Position numbers and translations under genes: made by a program. A DNA stretch of 35,326 nucleotides from Trypethelium eluteriae. Taxonomy: Eukaryota. Below, one piece after another: positions 10,660 through 26,871 of the stretch; within the stretch, counting starts at the first letter, position 1, and each line of letters begins with the position of its first letter. Location: contig JAVECL010000215.1 of the NCBI GenBank assembly GCA_051942245.1, positions 1 to 35,326 of the forward strand, read 5' to 3'. The notes beneath the pieces were generated by a model, which ran no database searches, had not been told where the DNA came from, and worked only from the letters and a program-made list of their open reading frames with translations.

Positions 10660-12492
10660 ATGACCGAGCCCTGTGCACTGCCCGATGGTGTCGACACCCA
10701 ACCGTCGCGTCCGAGCACAGTTTCTACCTCATCGGATTATCCTTTTCTTGTGCATTCTCAACAGACGCTTCCGCGTAATCTTCCCCCCAATGTCGACAAT
10801 AAATCCCTAGCGCGGCAGAAGCGAAGACGGACGAGGTAAGTAGGGGAAATGAAGAGTGCTAGCCTCTGAGCATCTGCCGGATTCTTGAGAAATAGACCAG
10901 GCTGTCTTATATCAGGCTGAGATTGAGATACAGTCCAGAAGATCAAGCAATACTTGAAGCCGAATACCATCGTAATCCAAAACCCGACAAGAATGCGCGT
11001 CAAGAGCTCGTCGAGCGCGTTGCACTGGGAGACAAGGAAGTCCAAGTGAGCGATCGAAAAAGTCTATCAGTATGCTCTATTAATTCATCTGTCTCAGATT
11101 TGGTTCCAAAACAGACGACAGAACGACCGTCGAAAATCGCGGCCTCTCTTACCCCACGAACTCATTTCACGCCCTCCGCTGTTGAGTGCGCCCGAGCCGA
11201 TGACAGATGCAGCCGAAGGCACGCGAGCGAATGACGAACATGGAAATGAAACGGCGCACAGCTCATATGTAGCCGATGCATTACAGGCCGTGGAGCTGCC
11301 AGAAGAGGCAGGCGAACGTATAGACTCCAGTCAAGATACTCCAGGATCTACATCTTACCCGGTGGTCGCATTATCATCCCAGGTGTCATGTGAGACAGCG
11401 CCAACCGCAACCAGCAGCTATAGCTCGCAGCAGGCAGAAGCCGTGAATGAAGTCTTGCCTCGTCCCGGATATTTAGCCAACCGAAGGAATGCGTCGTTTG
11501 TGCGTTCTGGCAGCAGCATAATATCGGGAAAAGCAGCCAATGATACGAGCTCCGATACGGTGCTGCCACGAAATAGAGGCCTAAAGAAGAGCTCTTCGTC
11601 AATCAGAATTTCCCTGACTTCGGACGGTAATGCTCAAGTTCTTACCAATGATGACTCCTCACCTTCGCCCCCACGATCAGCGCCTCTTGCATATGCGGCC
11701 AACACTGCCCGAGGCAAGCTGAGCAGGAGCCAGAGTGCCACCGGACTCAATGAATCATCATTTCAGACGGAATTGGAACCGTTCAGAGATATTATGCAGC
11801 GCGGTACTGCAGGCCGATCGCGAGATTCTAGAGCATGGGAATTCTGGTGTGACAGTGATTCGCGCAATGCTCTCGCAGAGAAAGCGAACCAAGATGCCGG
11901 AGGCTCAGCTGCAGACGCCATCGGACTTATCCGATCACAGAGTAGAAACGTTCTCGGCACCAATTCCAACAAAAGAAATGCACAGCTCCTAAAGCGGAAC
12001 TCTGTAAAAAGACTCAAGTCTGGAACATCTAACAAACCCAAGCTCTCGCGCACTACATCCGAACTTGGGCACGTAGGAAAGAAAGAGTCAGCGGATGAGA
12101 CAAGTGGACCTACCTGTGCTGAAGACATCGAGATCCCAAATAACGAGTCGGATAAGGAGAATTGGGAACCAGGCCAGCTAGGACACCCCCCTGATCGAGA
12201 CATTGGCAAGGTCAGTCATCCTAAAAACGAGAAGATGATGCGTAAGGTACTCGGGGAGAGCAACAGTATTCCGAGTAAAAGCTCCAGCTTTGGCGTCATG
12301 ATGGCTCAGGAAAAGGTACAGAGAAGTGGAAGACTTCGCCGGGATGCTGAGAATACGAATCCGGAAGATGACCCAGAAATAGCGGAGTTCATGAGTGCCT
12401 CGAGGAAGCGCAGCAGTGGAACCAATGCATCCGGGGAAGACCTTGATTGCGTACAAGGTCTACTCTCGTTGAGCCAAGGCAACTGGCGATAA
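10660..12492 (+). CDS. Homeobox transcription factor, Yox1-like
   Basis: Exons 10660-10835, 10934-11045, 11098-12492. Spliced homeodomain RQKRRRTSPEDQAILEAEYHRNPKPDKNARQELVERVALGDKEVQIWFQNRRQNDRRKS; downstream RSRDSRAWEFWCD and terminal CVQGLLSLSQGNWR. Confidence 0.9.
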
Positions 12493-13200
12493 GGAAGCTC
12501 AAAGCATTGAGGGCGGAATCGGCAAGGTTGCATGTTGGGGCAGGGCATATTTGGAGATGGGGTGTTTGAGAAAGCGAGTGTGAGGATTCTGGTGTCTTTG
12601 GTATTTTTGGTCGATCTTGTCATTTTTCAGCAGCAGCAACAACCCCTAGAAGCGACGTTATCATTAACGACAAGCGAGCGCCAAACAGATGGTTCACGTG
12701 CCCAGGGGTTTGGATGAGTGTGACCAATAGGCGGTGACTGCAGGTGGTGAGCAGCGCAGCCTCGCCGCTTTGCCGTTGTGACTTCGCAGAAACTCACTAC
12801 CTGCATTACCATTATCTTGAAAATCGTCCGAACATGAACGAATCGATGCAACTCAACGCGTCTCCTGTCACCCAGGTGTAGATATCGTTTCCAATACGGC
12901 AGGCGGTACAAAGCTCTCTGAAGTGAGGCAAGCCCTAGGTCGCGCAGTCCTCGTCCTGCACAACACTTTCCTTTGTCCATGATTTGATGGGCCCCCAACG
13001 CTTGCCGCAGATGTTTCTTCAGATCGAAGCTTGATGCGTACCTGCTTCGCGGGCATAGTCTTTTGGATTTTTCGGTGATCGACACGTCGGAAATTGGGAT
13101 ATGACTAGCAGCACCTGCAAGTTACTTCACAGTCTTATTATCAATGACTTTTCGAAACATGTGCTAAGCATTCACCCTGCCTGTCTCGTATATTGTCTAG

Positions 13201-15244
<2,044 letters not shown>

Positions 15245-16204
15245 GGAGGAATTAAAGTGAGTGGTTGTATGAGTGATGTCAGGACTGATGGGTTAATTTG
15301 GTAGGGGTAGCGGGAAACGACGGGAATTGTTGGTGCAATGGCTGTTGCTTGGATTGGGTGATGGAATATCCTAACACTCTCTCCTCTGTGCACATTGATG
15401 TCACCCCTCTAGTTTGTTGTTCTATTCAACTAGATCGCTTGGTAAGGGTAGAATAAGGTAGGATAGACGAGCGCTTGGCGGCCCTGCGTGTGTATGGAGC
15501 ACAAGTGCAGCATCCGACAAGTATGTTGAATGCGTAGATAGATTAACCTCAGCTCATCCATACTGCATGATCATGGTGCTGCTGAATGGCATACTTTACT
15601 CAAATTGGAGATTAGTTATAAGCATTAGCATCCAACAGCTCGCGGGCGGCCTGACACGGCTAAGAAAATTGTAGGCATAGATTCTCGGAAGTCCTACTTC
15701 ACAATCAAGCTCGGATTTTGAAGCTTCTGACAGATCAGATGTGATGCCGCTTCCGGCGATGCGGTGCGATGCGATGCCGAGTTCAGGAGTCGGATGCGGT
15801 GGATGTTGTGGCTGGGAGAGCAAATGTGCAAATGTAGCAGGTGGGAAGGAATGCGGCGGCGGCTGCCGTTGCCGTTGTTGCAAGTGTGATTCGATCCTTC
15901 CCGTTCAGAGCTGACCAAGGCTCTCCAAGCCGGCACCCAAGCTAAGCAATTTGCACCCAAGCCAAGCCTCATCACCGCGGCTGCTCTCTTTCCGCGCAAT
16001 TGACCCAGCACCAGCCCAGGCAAACTCAATCGTTGCCTACGCTCTCCAAGCATTTTTCCATTTCCATATCCTTCAGCCTCGCATCCTTTGAGGCTTCTTG
16101 AATCCTCCGTTGCATCGGTGAGGCCGCCATCACGTCATCCGTTTCCATCCGGGGAGCTCCATCCTTGAGCGTAGAACATCCGAGCTTTGTCTCCCACTCG
16201 TACC

Positions 16205-17482
16205 ATGGCTTACAACCAGTACGCCCGCTACAGCGGCAACCCTTATGAGGGCGAGGGTGGTGGTGAAGGCTATGGACAGAGCAACCCCTACGGCAGCAAC
16301 ACTGGTGGTGGGTACGGCGCGTCCAATCCGTATGGCCATGACTCGTACGGTGAACAGGTAGGTCTTGCACCTTTTGAAAGCTTTTCAATTGCTCTGCACA
16401 GTTGGGTCTGCGTCGATTCCACTGACGTTGAACGCTGCTGTTAGCCAGCGCAAGGCCTGCAAGCTCCACCACGCCTCCAGCATCACGAGGCATCAAATTA
16501 TTCGCAAGGCTCGAATTACTCCACGCCGACGCCACAGGCCGGATACCAGCAAGGCTATGCGCAAGCACCAGATGGCGCTGTACAGCGACCTCCCGGTGGA
16601 GCGCCTACAATAATGTCTACCCCAGACTTCCTCACCCGCGTCAAAGCCGTCAATTCAGACATCGACTCGCTTACCGGCCACATTTCGCAAATCGGCTCCG
16701 TTCATCAGCGTCTTCTTTCCTCACCCGAATCGCAAGGGTCATCGCAGCTCGAGCATCTCGTCTCCCAGACCCAGATCCTAAACACACAAATCAAGGATAA
16801 CATCAAGCGACTAGAAGAAGATGCCGCAAGGAGTGGAAACAACGACACGAAGAACAGTCAGATACGGACGCTGAAGAATAATTTCAAGCGACAGCTTGAG
16901 GAGTATCAAAAGGAAGAGCAAGTATACAGACAGAGATACCAGGACCAGATCGAGCGCCAGTACCGGATTGTGAATCCAGAAGCGACAGATGAGGAGGCAA
17001 AAGAAGCCGCGCAAGCCAATTGGGGAGACGAGGGAGTCTTCCAGACAGCTGTAAGGAAAATCTCATATTGACAATGGCGCATTCGGTGGAATTCTGCAGG
17101 CTAATCATCCTCATTTCAGCTCAAATCCAACCGCACCGGCGCTGCCACCTCAGTTCTTGGCGCTGTGCGCGCTCGTCACAACGACATTCAGCAAATCGAG
17201 AAAACGCTATACGAGCTCAACTCGCTCTTCGAACAGCTCGCCGAGCAGGTCATCCTCCAAGAACCTGCTGTGAAATCCACCGAAGAGGGCACTCAGAACG
17301 TCCTTCAAGATACTGAAAACGCGAATGTCCAACTCGATAAAGGAATCAAGAGTGCGCGCCGAGCCAGGCGCTTGAAATGGATCACTCTTGGTATCGTGGT
17401 GCTGATTATCGTCATTCTTGCCCTCGTATTGGGTCTGTACTTCGGGTTGAAGAACAACGGGAACAAGAACAATGGCTCGTAA
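16205..17482 (+). CDS. SSO1: Plasma-membrane t-SNARE syntaxin (Sso1/Sso2/Psy1 type)
   Basis: Exons 16205-16357, 16445-17050, 17120-17482. Habc region with RQYRIVNPEAT, SNARE motif VRARHNDIQQIEKTLYELNSLF and a C-terminal TM anchor. Confidence 0.9.
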
Positions 17483-18043
17483 GAATAGGCAGAGTGGTGA
17501 AGGGTCTGGAAGTTTGTGTGGTTTTAATACGTGGAGACACAGTCTGGAAATCCCTGCTGTGTCGTGCTTAACTGGTGGAGGGGCTAAGGGGCTGTACTGC
17601 TCGCTACATTGTTGCACACTCGCTTTCTGTGTCGAAGGGACAGTTGGAAAATTTTTCTTGCGAAAGAGCGTGTTCGCATTGGATGGCACAAGGCTGGCGA
17701 GGCCTTAGGTGCATTTTAAGCACCATCTTGCCTTTTATTTGGCTGCAGATTTGTAATGAACGAGGAAAAAGGCACCGTGTGCCGATTGTACTTGACTCAA
17801 GCATTCGGATACTAATACAACTACAGAATTCATACATCTAGAGAAGACACGCATTGTTTTTGCAACGTGAAGACCTGTTTCAACCTACGTATTCCCCATT
17901 AGTATCATACACCTACAGCGAACCCATCGCCTCGCAAATTCGACCCCAATCTCCATCCTTCTCTCCCGTAGTAACCAATCCCAATTACGCGTCCTCCGAA
18001 ACGACAACTAATCCCACTCAAAGCCCATACCTCCTCAATCCCT

Positions 18044-21000
18044 TCACACTTCCCCTATCTCCCTTAAGCACCCCACCGCACTCTCTAACTCGCCTACCAC
18101 CCTCTCCTCCAACCGACTCTCACACATTCCTCCCGGATCAGCCGCCTCCCTCCTCGCCCACCGCGCCTCCCGCTCCCCAACAGGGACGATCCGCTCGCGC
18201 AAGGCCTTCCGATTCCCACCCAACCACGTCTCGATCTCCTCGCGGACGCTCGCCACTGGAAAGCTGCGCGGATCCAGCGTCGGGAGCTGATCAGCCGGGA
18301 CACCAGTAGCGGGGCCCAAGGCGCGGAAGCGAGCGAGGATGAGTGCGACAAGGGCAAGAGAGTGGAGTTCCGACGCCAGTCCAAGCGTAAGCGGCTGCAG
18401 CGCGTCTCCTCCGCTCACCACACGCACTGCTCCTCCTTCCGACGCGGTGGCTTTCTCCTGCGCCGTGGGTTTTGCAGCAGCGGGACTGCCCCTCGTCGGG
18501 CGTGCCTCGATGCTCCGCGCGGCGCGCTCGAGCTGGCGCGGGAACTGGTTGAGGAAGCCGCCGACTTCGGCGGCGATGGGCGCGCCGACATGGCGCAGGA
18601 GGTTGAGACATAAGGGAAGGAAGCCCCGGTACCAGATGCTGTATAGGCGGGTGGGCGGGTCGAAGGGGCCGCAGCCGCGGGGTCGGAGGAACAGTTGGGT
18701 TAGAGGGGCGGAGGAGAGGGCGGCGAGGACGCCGTCGACGGCGATCTGGTGGGCGAGTGCGGGGACGGAGGAAAGGGCGAGGAGGAAGAGGAGAGCGAGG
18801 TCGCCGTAGATAGGGTCAGGGTTGTCCGAAGCAGGGGAGATGAGTTGGTGGGACCAGGAGAAGAGAGAGGTGGCATAGCGGATGAGGTTGGAGGATGTGA
18901 CGCGGAGGTAGATTTGGGGGTAGAGGGTGGAGATGTCCGGGATGGAGAGGAGAGTTTGGAGAAGAGCCATGAGGGTGACGAGGTCGGAGGATGGTGCCGC
19001 CACGGCGCTGTTGAGGTTGGGATTGGAGGAGTCCGAGGCGTGAAGGGTGGTGCAGAGATGTCGGAAGCTGGTGCAGATTACATCGGAGAGCACATCGAGG
19101 ACGTCTTGAGCGGCATCGTTGGATAGAACGGACATGGTATGTTTATCTGAGGTTGTCTCGTTGGTGAAGGGCCGGTATCGGGTGGCATCTAGGTGTGGTT
19201 GGAGAGATAGGAAAAGAATTTTAAGAATGGTGCGGTAGTAGGAAGCATCCGGTCCTGTGAGCCCGGTCTCGAGGTCGACGGTACTATCGCGAATGGTCCC
19301 CCAGACTGTACTAAAGAGGTTCCGAACGTCGGGTTCGGTAGACTTAGCATCGACAAGTTTTTGAGTGAGAGTGAATGCTAGGTCGAGTCGTGTTTGTAAA
19401 AAGCCGTCCTTGATGTTAGTTGGGAGGCGTGATTTTGTAGTTTCAGACACGCAGTCTTTGACCACTTTAGCCATGTGAAATTGAAGAGCGGGCTCTTCTT
19501 TCAAGACTTGACTGAGCTCAACGGCGAGATTTTTCCAGCTGTTGAGAAGAATGACATGCGACTCAACTAGAGACAGCATAATGTTCGAAGCTTCAAATTC
19601 AGATCGGAATCCCTTTCTGCTTGACCAGGATGAATCAAAGCCCAGAGCCTTATCCGCATGCTCGAGGCTGTAGAAGTAATCATCTCCGAAAACGCCGGGT
19701 GTTGCCGTCAGGGCGGTACGCTTAAACGTCTTTGGACTGATCGAATACTTCATCTCGAAATTTCGCACCATATTCACGTGAAGCGACTCATTGTAAGCAG
19801 TGTCCGCCCCCTTTATAGCATGATCACGGTAGTAGTACAGCTTGGAAGAAAGGTCTTTGGCCAAGGAGATATCGCCGACCTGACGAGCCTCATGGAGACA
19901 CATGGCAAGAATATCGGCGATTCGAGCGGCTTCCCGATTTTCTTCGCATACGCGTACATCCTTTTGATCATTGAGCTCCAAGTTTGGAGGGTCTGAGTTA
20001 TTTAGTATGCCAGGTATAGTGCTGATAAACTCTGTGTGCTTTCGCACGTCAAGAACGGCCCAGGGCCAATTATCTTGAGCCAAGGCTACGAAATCAAGCA
20101 TAGCAATTGCGCGTCGTCTGTTTTTGAAGGTTTGGGGATCAGCAAGTTGATCGAGAGCATATTGCAAGAGTGGCCGGCCATGAGACTTTTCGGCACTGTT
20201 CTTCTCTTTCCGCGTAGAGCCTCTTCCTGCATCGCCTGTGAGAAGAAAGATGGCAAACCATTGCTGTCGGTTGCTGACAACAGCGGAGAGCAGACGCCAT
20301 ATTCTTAGTTCTAGAGTGGAATCTTCCAGAGGCTTGCTGAGGCTCGAAAGAACTTTGAGAAAACACTTCGAGGTCTCAGGGCCGAGATGACCTAGCAGAG
20401 AGGGAGGCTCTTCATCCGTCCGGCCAGCGCTCAATACCATCGTTTCCAGTAATGTCAATGTGGGTACCTTGAAAGAGTCGTGCGCCACATATAGTCGCGC
20501 AAGCAATTGACACACTTCAAACAGTTGCGATTGAAGGCGAGGGGTCTTAAGATCAAGCAAGACTCCAGTCCTCAGTAAAGTCTCGACAAAACCTAAGCCT
20601 GCAATCGTGCGAGTGATCCAAGCGGAGCTTGTATCAGATAAAAGTGTTGTTGAGGGCGCTGCTGCGCCTGCAGCAAGGAATCCAAGGAGAGGCTCAAGTG
20701 CAAGATCGTTACCAGACGGTACCAAAAATGTGTCCAGAAGGTGTTCGGCTCCTAATGCCAGCAGGCCAGTGATTTTCTTTGATGGCTCGCGGGCGTCGTC
20801 GTAGCCATACACATACTCGAGAATTTTCTGAAATGCCCGAAGAATGACAGTGTCTACTTCGAGCTTCTCATTGACATCGTCGAATCTCCAAGACGATGCG
20901 CTCTGGAATATATCGGTCATAATCCTTGTTAGAGCAGTGACAATCTTCTCCATGGCCTTTTCGGTAGTACCACTTCCTCCTACTTTTGCTTCCTCGAATC

Positions 21001-23703
21001 TTGTAATTTGCTTGCTGGGAATCCTGCGTTCAACTGCGCTGGCGATGCTATCCTCAATCAGAGCATCAAAGAGGCGGACGGAACAAATTAAGAAGTCATG
21101 TCTCCCAAGACTCAGCTCCGTTGTGACGATGTTGACGAGATTGCCACCTGAACAATCAAGGTCGAGGAGACTGCTGCGCGAAAGGAACGGCCAGATTCGC
21201 TGCGGTAGTAGCTTCGTTACGCCGTATGCAAAATGCATGCATTTGACGAGGAGATCGAGCGTCCCTTCAATCTCGACATCACGTACTGGAGTTTGAAGCG
21301 TCTCATCAAGAATAGTCAAAACAGTAGTAATAATATCCTCCGTTCTGTCTAGACCATCACTGGCGGCTTCCAAGACTGCATGAGCACCACCGACATTGTC
21401 ATACCTAGCGCAAACCGCGAGTGCACTTGCAAGGAATCCAATGATCTCTGCAGCTTGGAAACGATCGACAGGAGCTTGCGTAGCAAAGTCGACTCTATAA
21501 CTCCCGGACGTAATAGTGGACAAGAGGAGCGCTAAATGGGTGAGACCTGGGTAGGAGTATTCCCAGCAACCAATGTAGGGCTTTGAAGAATCGTCAAGGA
21601 TACTCCCTAGTGTACCAGCAGGTAAAGAGAAGATTTCTTCTCCAGCAGTAGCATCCATCAATACGAGGGCCTGGCTGTCATGCCCGTCTAATGCACCACC
21701 AAAATTTGGCTGGCCTCTAGATCGACTGAACATGGGGAGAGCTGTATTCAAACAGGCAAAGTTTTGATTTTCGTCTTCACGAACAAGACTGTAGGGTTCA
21801 ACTCCGTGGGGCAGTCTTTGCGTGTACCGAGATAAGTTTTTGATGAATCTAAGGGCCGTCGGCATTTCGTCCTGGTCTTGAAGGCCGTTTACACAGATTG
21901 CTTGACAGAATTGCATCAAGGGGACAATTTCCAGTGGATATCGCGATTGCGCCTGGACCAGGAGCCTGTCTTTGGTCCACTCGTCGCCCAAGAGAATCTC
22001 CACAGGGGTCTTTGCTCGAGTCGCTGTACGTGCAGGAGGGTGCACGGCATCCCAATATCCATCTCTGCCATTCAAAATTGCGAGAATTGAGACGATCACC
22101 GGCTCACTATATTGTACCAGGCTGAGGCTGTTCACTACCAGTGCCAGCAGAGCATTGCGCGACTGCAAATTGAAACTGTGATCAATGCGTGCACTGAAAG
22201 TTTTCGATAATGTGATAGCCAATGCTGGCAGTACTTCATGGACCTGAAGAACGGAAGTGGCGCTGTTTGCGAAGAATTGGATAAGGTCCAGGTCCAAGGG
22301 GGAGTTCTTGACCTCCTCAAAGCTATCTAAGATTCTCCTGGTATTGTTGCTGCCCAAACCGATCGGAAGATTAACTTCATCAGTTGCGTTGAGGTACTCC
22401 GTGAATGCGCGCCAGGCATCCGTGATTATCGCCCAAGCAAACACCGCAGGGCTAGCAACATTGGGCACATTTCTCTCGGCAGCTAGGATAAGAGCTTGAT
22501 TGATGTCTTTAACAGCTTCTCTCTCAGCCAAGTAAGTAGTAATGCACGTCTCGGCTGCATTATCCAGAAGGTGCGGCATTGAAGCAATCTTCAATATTTG
22601 TAAAGATATCAAGGATGTCAAGCTTTGGAGTGGCCGGACAAGCATTTGTATGGCAGGAGTTGCAAATTGCAGCTCGTTGAAGAATTGATATCTGATCATC
22701 AGACTGTACCATGCTCGGATAGCAATGGTATCTGGCACGGAGACAGCTTCTAGAAATGTCGACATCATTTGCATGATGTATATGATTTCTTTCACAGTTT
22801 CGGCGCCAAAAGTTTCTTCGACACTAGGTTGCAACTCCTCTCCGTAGTAACCGCTTCCTGTCTCAATGTCTTCTAGTCTTCTTTCCAGAGCAGATTGACA
22901 CCTAGTCAGAAGAGACATCCCAGGCTGATGCATGTTCTCTTGTATCACGGATCCCAATCCAGAGACCCAGTTGTCGCTCCTAGCTCTCTCCTTTCCTTTA
23001 GCAAGAGGAGTATGCTCTCCGTATCTCCCGAAAACATCGTCTTCATACTGCTGTGCTCGGATAAGGATCTCAGCAATCCTTAGGAGAGAGCTTTTCTCTG
23101 AAAGATACGACTGAAGTAACCGTGATTGCCGCCTAGGATTTGAAGAGAAATTGCCAGCGCCGACCGCACTGTACCCAGCTGAAACTTGTGGAAGGGGTTT
23201 TGAGGATCCGAAATCTGGAGCGGTATGATCCCCGCCATCTGCCCCTATCGAAGCATCAAGAAGCTGCAAGGCTGGTCTGTTCTGCCACTCCAATACCACT
23301 ATCCTGAGCGCAGCCGGCTCATTGATCTTAGTCTTCTCCGACAGCCATAGCGTATCCGCTTTGATCTGGTCGATATCAAATTGCCCATGATGAGACGGCG
23401 TAATATTGATGGCAGCAGTCAAGGTCTCGAACTGGGACTTCGTCTCTGTGGAAGGATGCGAAAATGGGTCTAAGGGAGTCTCGAGGTGCTTCAAAGCGTC
23501 CTCGTCAGTGAGGAAACGCTCCAAAATCCATTCGTATTGCGCATTGTCTATCGAGCTCAGCGCATTAAGCGCGGCACTCCAAGAACTGAAAAACGCCGTT
23601 AATATCCTTGACCATGAAGTTACAGGCCAACTCACAGTAGTCGATTCTCGCCGTATAGGCAACTTTCAAGGGAAGGAAAGTAGGTGGAATCTGTAGGCGC
23701 CAT
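18044..23703 (-). CDS. NUP188: Nucleoporin Nup188 (Nup184) family, ~1869 aa
   Basis: Exon 1 23703-23636 (MAPTDSTYFPSLESCL...), 50-nt intron GTGAGT..CAG, exon 2 23585-18044. Size, helical Leu-rich sequence and segments FETLTAAINITP, ALRIVVLEWQNRP, LLSAVVSNRQQWFA fit fungal Nup188. Confidence 0.85.
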
Positions 23704-23947
23704 GATGTGCGTCAAGGCACAAGCGTGGAAGACTGCTTCCTGATCTCCATGAAGATCAATGGAGCTGGCGCAAGTCAAGCTATATGATTTATAGCTGGAA
23801 GCGCCTTGTGTGATGTCGGAGCTTGACGCGGTGTCGAAACGTAACGCGCCCAAAAATTCGGCCGCTGCGGTCGCGGTCACTCCCCGCAACAATCACCCCA
23901 CAACTTCCCATTCCATATCCAAGGCAATCTGGGAAATCTCTTCCGCG

Positions 23948-26404
23948 ATGCCAGGGCCGGACGTTATTGATCATTCTCCAAACCAACCAACTGCTTCCCC
24001 CACGATTGCTACCGCTTCTAATGTCGTCCTGATAGACAATTATGACTCGTTTACGTACAATGTCGCTCAATATCTCTTCCTAGAAGGCGCAGAGAATGTC
24101 AGAACGATCCGAAATGATGAGATCACGCTCGAGGAGCTCATCAGTCTGAGGCCTACACAACTGGTCCTCAGCCCTGGACCAGGTCATCCGGACAAAGATT
24201 CGGGAATTTGCAGTGAGGCAATCCAGCATTTTGGCGGGAAAATACCAGTCCTTGGGGTGTGTATGGGAGAGTGAGTAAGAGCGTATGAGATGCATTAACT
24301 ATTCTCTGCGTGAAAGCTTACCCTCTTGCCTAGACAATGCATATTCTCCGCATTCGGCGGCAAAGTTGAAGTCACTGGCGAGATCCTTCATGGAAAGACT
24401 TCCCCCTTACGACATGACGGCAGGGGTCTCTATGCAAACTTGCCTCAAGACTTGCCTGTTACAAGATATCACTCGTTAGCTGGGACTCACCCAACACTAC
24501 CTGAATGTCTAGAGGTTACTTCGTGGATCGCCAAGGGACCTGATCGAGGAAAAGGCATCATCATGGGCGTTAGGCACAAGAATTATCTGGTGGAGGGCGT
24601 GCAATTCCACCCAGAGAGTATATTGACTGCTGAAGGAAGAACAATGATACGGAACTTTTTGCTGATGCAGGGTGGTACCTGGACAGAAAACGAGCATCTG
24701 CAACGCAGTAGGGCTACCGAATCTTCTCAAATAACGCAAACAAATGGTCTGGTGGCAAATAGTACGGGCCAACAAGGTTCGTTAGGCAAGCAGTCCATAT
24801 TGGAGAAGATCTACGATCATCGTCGTGCAGCCATTGCCGCTCAGGAGCAAGTGCCCTCCTACAGGCCAGTTGATCTTCAAGAAGCATATAAACAAAGAAC
24901 CGCGCCTCCTTTGGTCTCTTTCCCTGATCGATTAAAGCAGTCGCCGTACAGGCTTTCACTTATGGCTGAAATCAAACGAGCTTCACCTTCGAAAGGCATC
25001 ATCTCCATATCCGCACCAGCCATAGCACAAGCTCGAAATTATGCATTGGCCGGCGCCAGCGTAATTTCCGTCTTAACTGAACCGGAATGGTTCAAAGGCA
25101 GTATCGATGATCTACGCCGTATCCGTCAAAGCCTGGAGGGAATGCCAAGTCGTCCAGCGGTTTTACGGAAAGAATTTGTTTTCAGCGAGTACCAGATCCT
25201 GGAGGCAAGACTTGCAGGAGCCGATACAGTCCTTTTGATCGTCAAAATGCTTGACGAACCAACATTGGGGCGACTATACCGTTACTCGGTAGATCTCGGC
25301 ATGGAACCACTTGTTGAAGTCAACACCATGGAAGAAATGAAGACTGCTGTCGACTTAGGTTCCAAAGTTATCGGAATCAATAATCGTAATCTGACTAATT
25401 TCGAAGTGGATCTTGATACTACTAGCCGCTTAATGGGAATGGTTCCGTCAGAGACCGTCGTCTGTGCTCTCAGTGGTATAACGGGACCTCAAGATGTTGA
25501 GCCGTACGAAAAGAACGGCGTAGGTGCTGTGCTGGTCGGAGAAGCTCTGATGAAAGCCCCGAACACCGCAGCCTTTGTATCGAATCTATTAAAACCTAGA
25601 GATGATTTTAATCGCTCACAGCTCAAACGAAATCTCCTTGTCAAGATTTGTGGGACACGAACTCCTGAGGCTGCAAAGGTAGCCGTTGAAGCTGGCGCTG
25701 ATTTGATCGGGATGATACTCGTCAAAGGTCGGACGCGGTGTGTGAGCCAGGAAGTCGCTCTTGCGATCTCCCAAGTCGTTTGGAATACTCCTAAACAGAC
25801 CGCTGCCGTGCAGTCGAAAGGTACGACAGAGTTGGGCGATCACAATGGCAGCCAACTGTTTACAGGTAACACTTCAAAGGTTGATTCTGCGTCCGATTTC
25901 TTCGACGTTACTACAACTTACCATCTCCGACATCCTCATCGAGCATTGCTTGTCGGTGTCTTTAGAAATCAGCCGCTCAATTATATCCTCCAGCAACAAC
26001 GGCTGCTTGACCTTGACATCGTGCAACTCCATGGCTCAGAACCACTGGAGTGGGCAAGGCTAATTCCAGTTCCCGTCATCCGCAGTTTCAAACCCAATGA
26101 TCCCGAACTTGCTACGAGAGGCTACCACTCAATACCACTACTAGACTCGGGTGCAGGCGGCTCGGGCAAGCAGCTCGACTTGGCCAGCGTCAAAACAACA
26201 CTGGAAGTCGATTCCGGCTTAAAGATACTATTGGCCGGTGGTCTGGATCCAGAGAATGTCGTGGAGACCCTGAACAGCCTTCGAGAGTTCGGCGACAGAG
26301 TAGTTGGAGTAGACGTCAGTAGTGGTGTTGAGGAGGATGGAAAACAAGACCTAGGAAAGATCAAAAACTTTGTAGCTGCTGCCAAGAATACAAATTCGGC
26401 TTAA
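23948..26404 (+). CDS. trpC: Trifunctional tryptophan biosynthesis protein (glutamine amidotransferase / IGPS / PRAI)
   Basis: Exons 23948-24270 and 24334-26404. [29 protein letters not shown] (GATase); [28 protein letters not shown] (IGPS); [24 protein letters not shown] (PRAI). Confidence 0.97.
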
Positions 26405-26860
26405 ATTGTTACTCAAAAGTTGGGGCAACATCAATGAACTAGGCGGGTTTGTTCTAGACCCGATCTTTCAAGAATAAAAGTATTTCAGACTTTGATTTGG
26501 ATGAAAGTACGCAAACAGCAGTCGGTCCTGTCACTGATTTGCAAAGAAGCCCTCCTGAGTAGGCATCTCTAGTCTTGACCTAGTCATTCTTGGCATTGAT
26601 CTTTCTAATACATTCACCGTACAATCTCAGCCCCCCTCTCGCTCTTATCATGATCTCCGTTACATGCCGACTTGGTCCGCTCGATATGGTCCGCGGCGTT
26701 GTTTCTTGTCATCCTGCCGACCTCACTCAGCGGCACCTTGAGCCCTCACTGTTACCCCTTGGTACCGCTGGCTTCGGTCTTACCTTGGTGCATACCGCTC
26801 TACTCACCGCATATACCTAAAGCTAATCACTTCTGATCTTAATCCCGCGCTCTCCTGTTT

Positions 26861-26871
26861 AAAAAAAAAAA
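26861..26871 (+). repeat. Poly(A)11 tract followed by a pyrimidine-rich stretch upstream of the BRCT gene
   Basis: Run of 11 A seen directly; CT-rich sequence at 26880-26970. Confidence 0.7.

Noticed and set aside
12627..13085. 152-aa minus-strand ORF between the homeobox and amine oxidase genes
   Set aside because: No recognisable motif; lies in likely terminator/promoter sequence.
15740..15800. GATGC-type short repeats upstream of the syntaxin gene
   Set aside because: Short degenerate microsatellite; no spacer array or element structure.
23810..23947. Upstream in-frame extension of trpC
   Set aside because: Would leave almost no promoter space; ATG 23948 gives the N-terminus typical of fungal TrpC.
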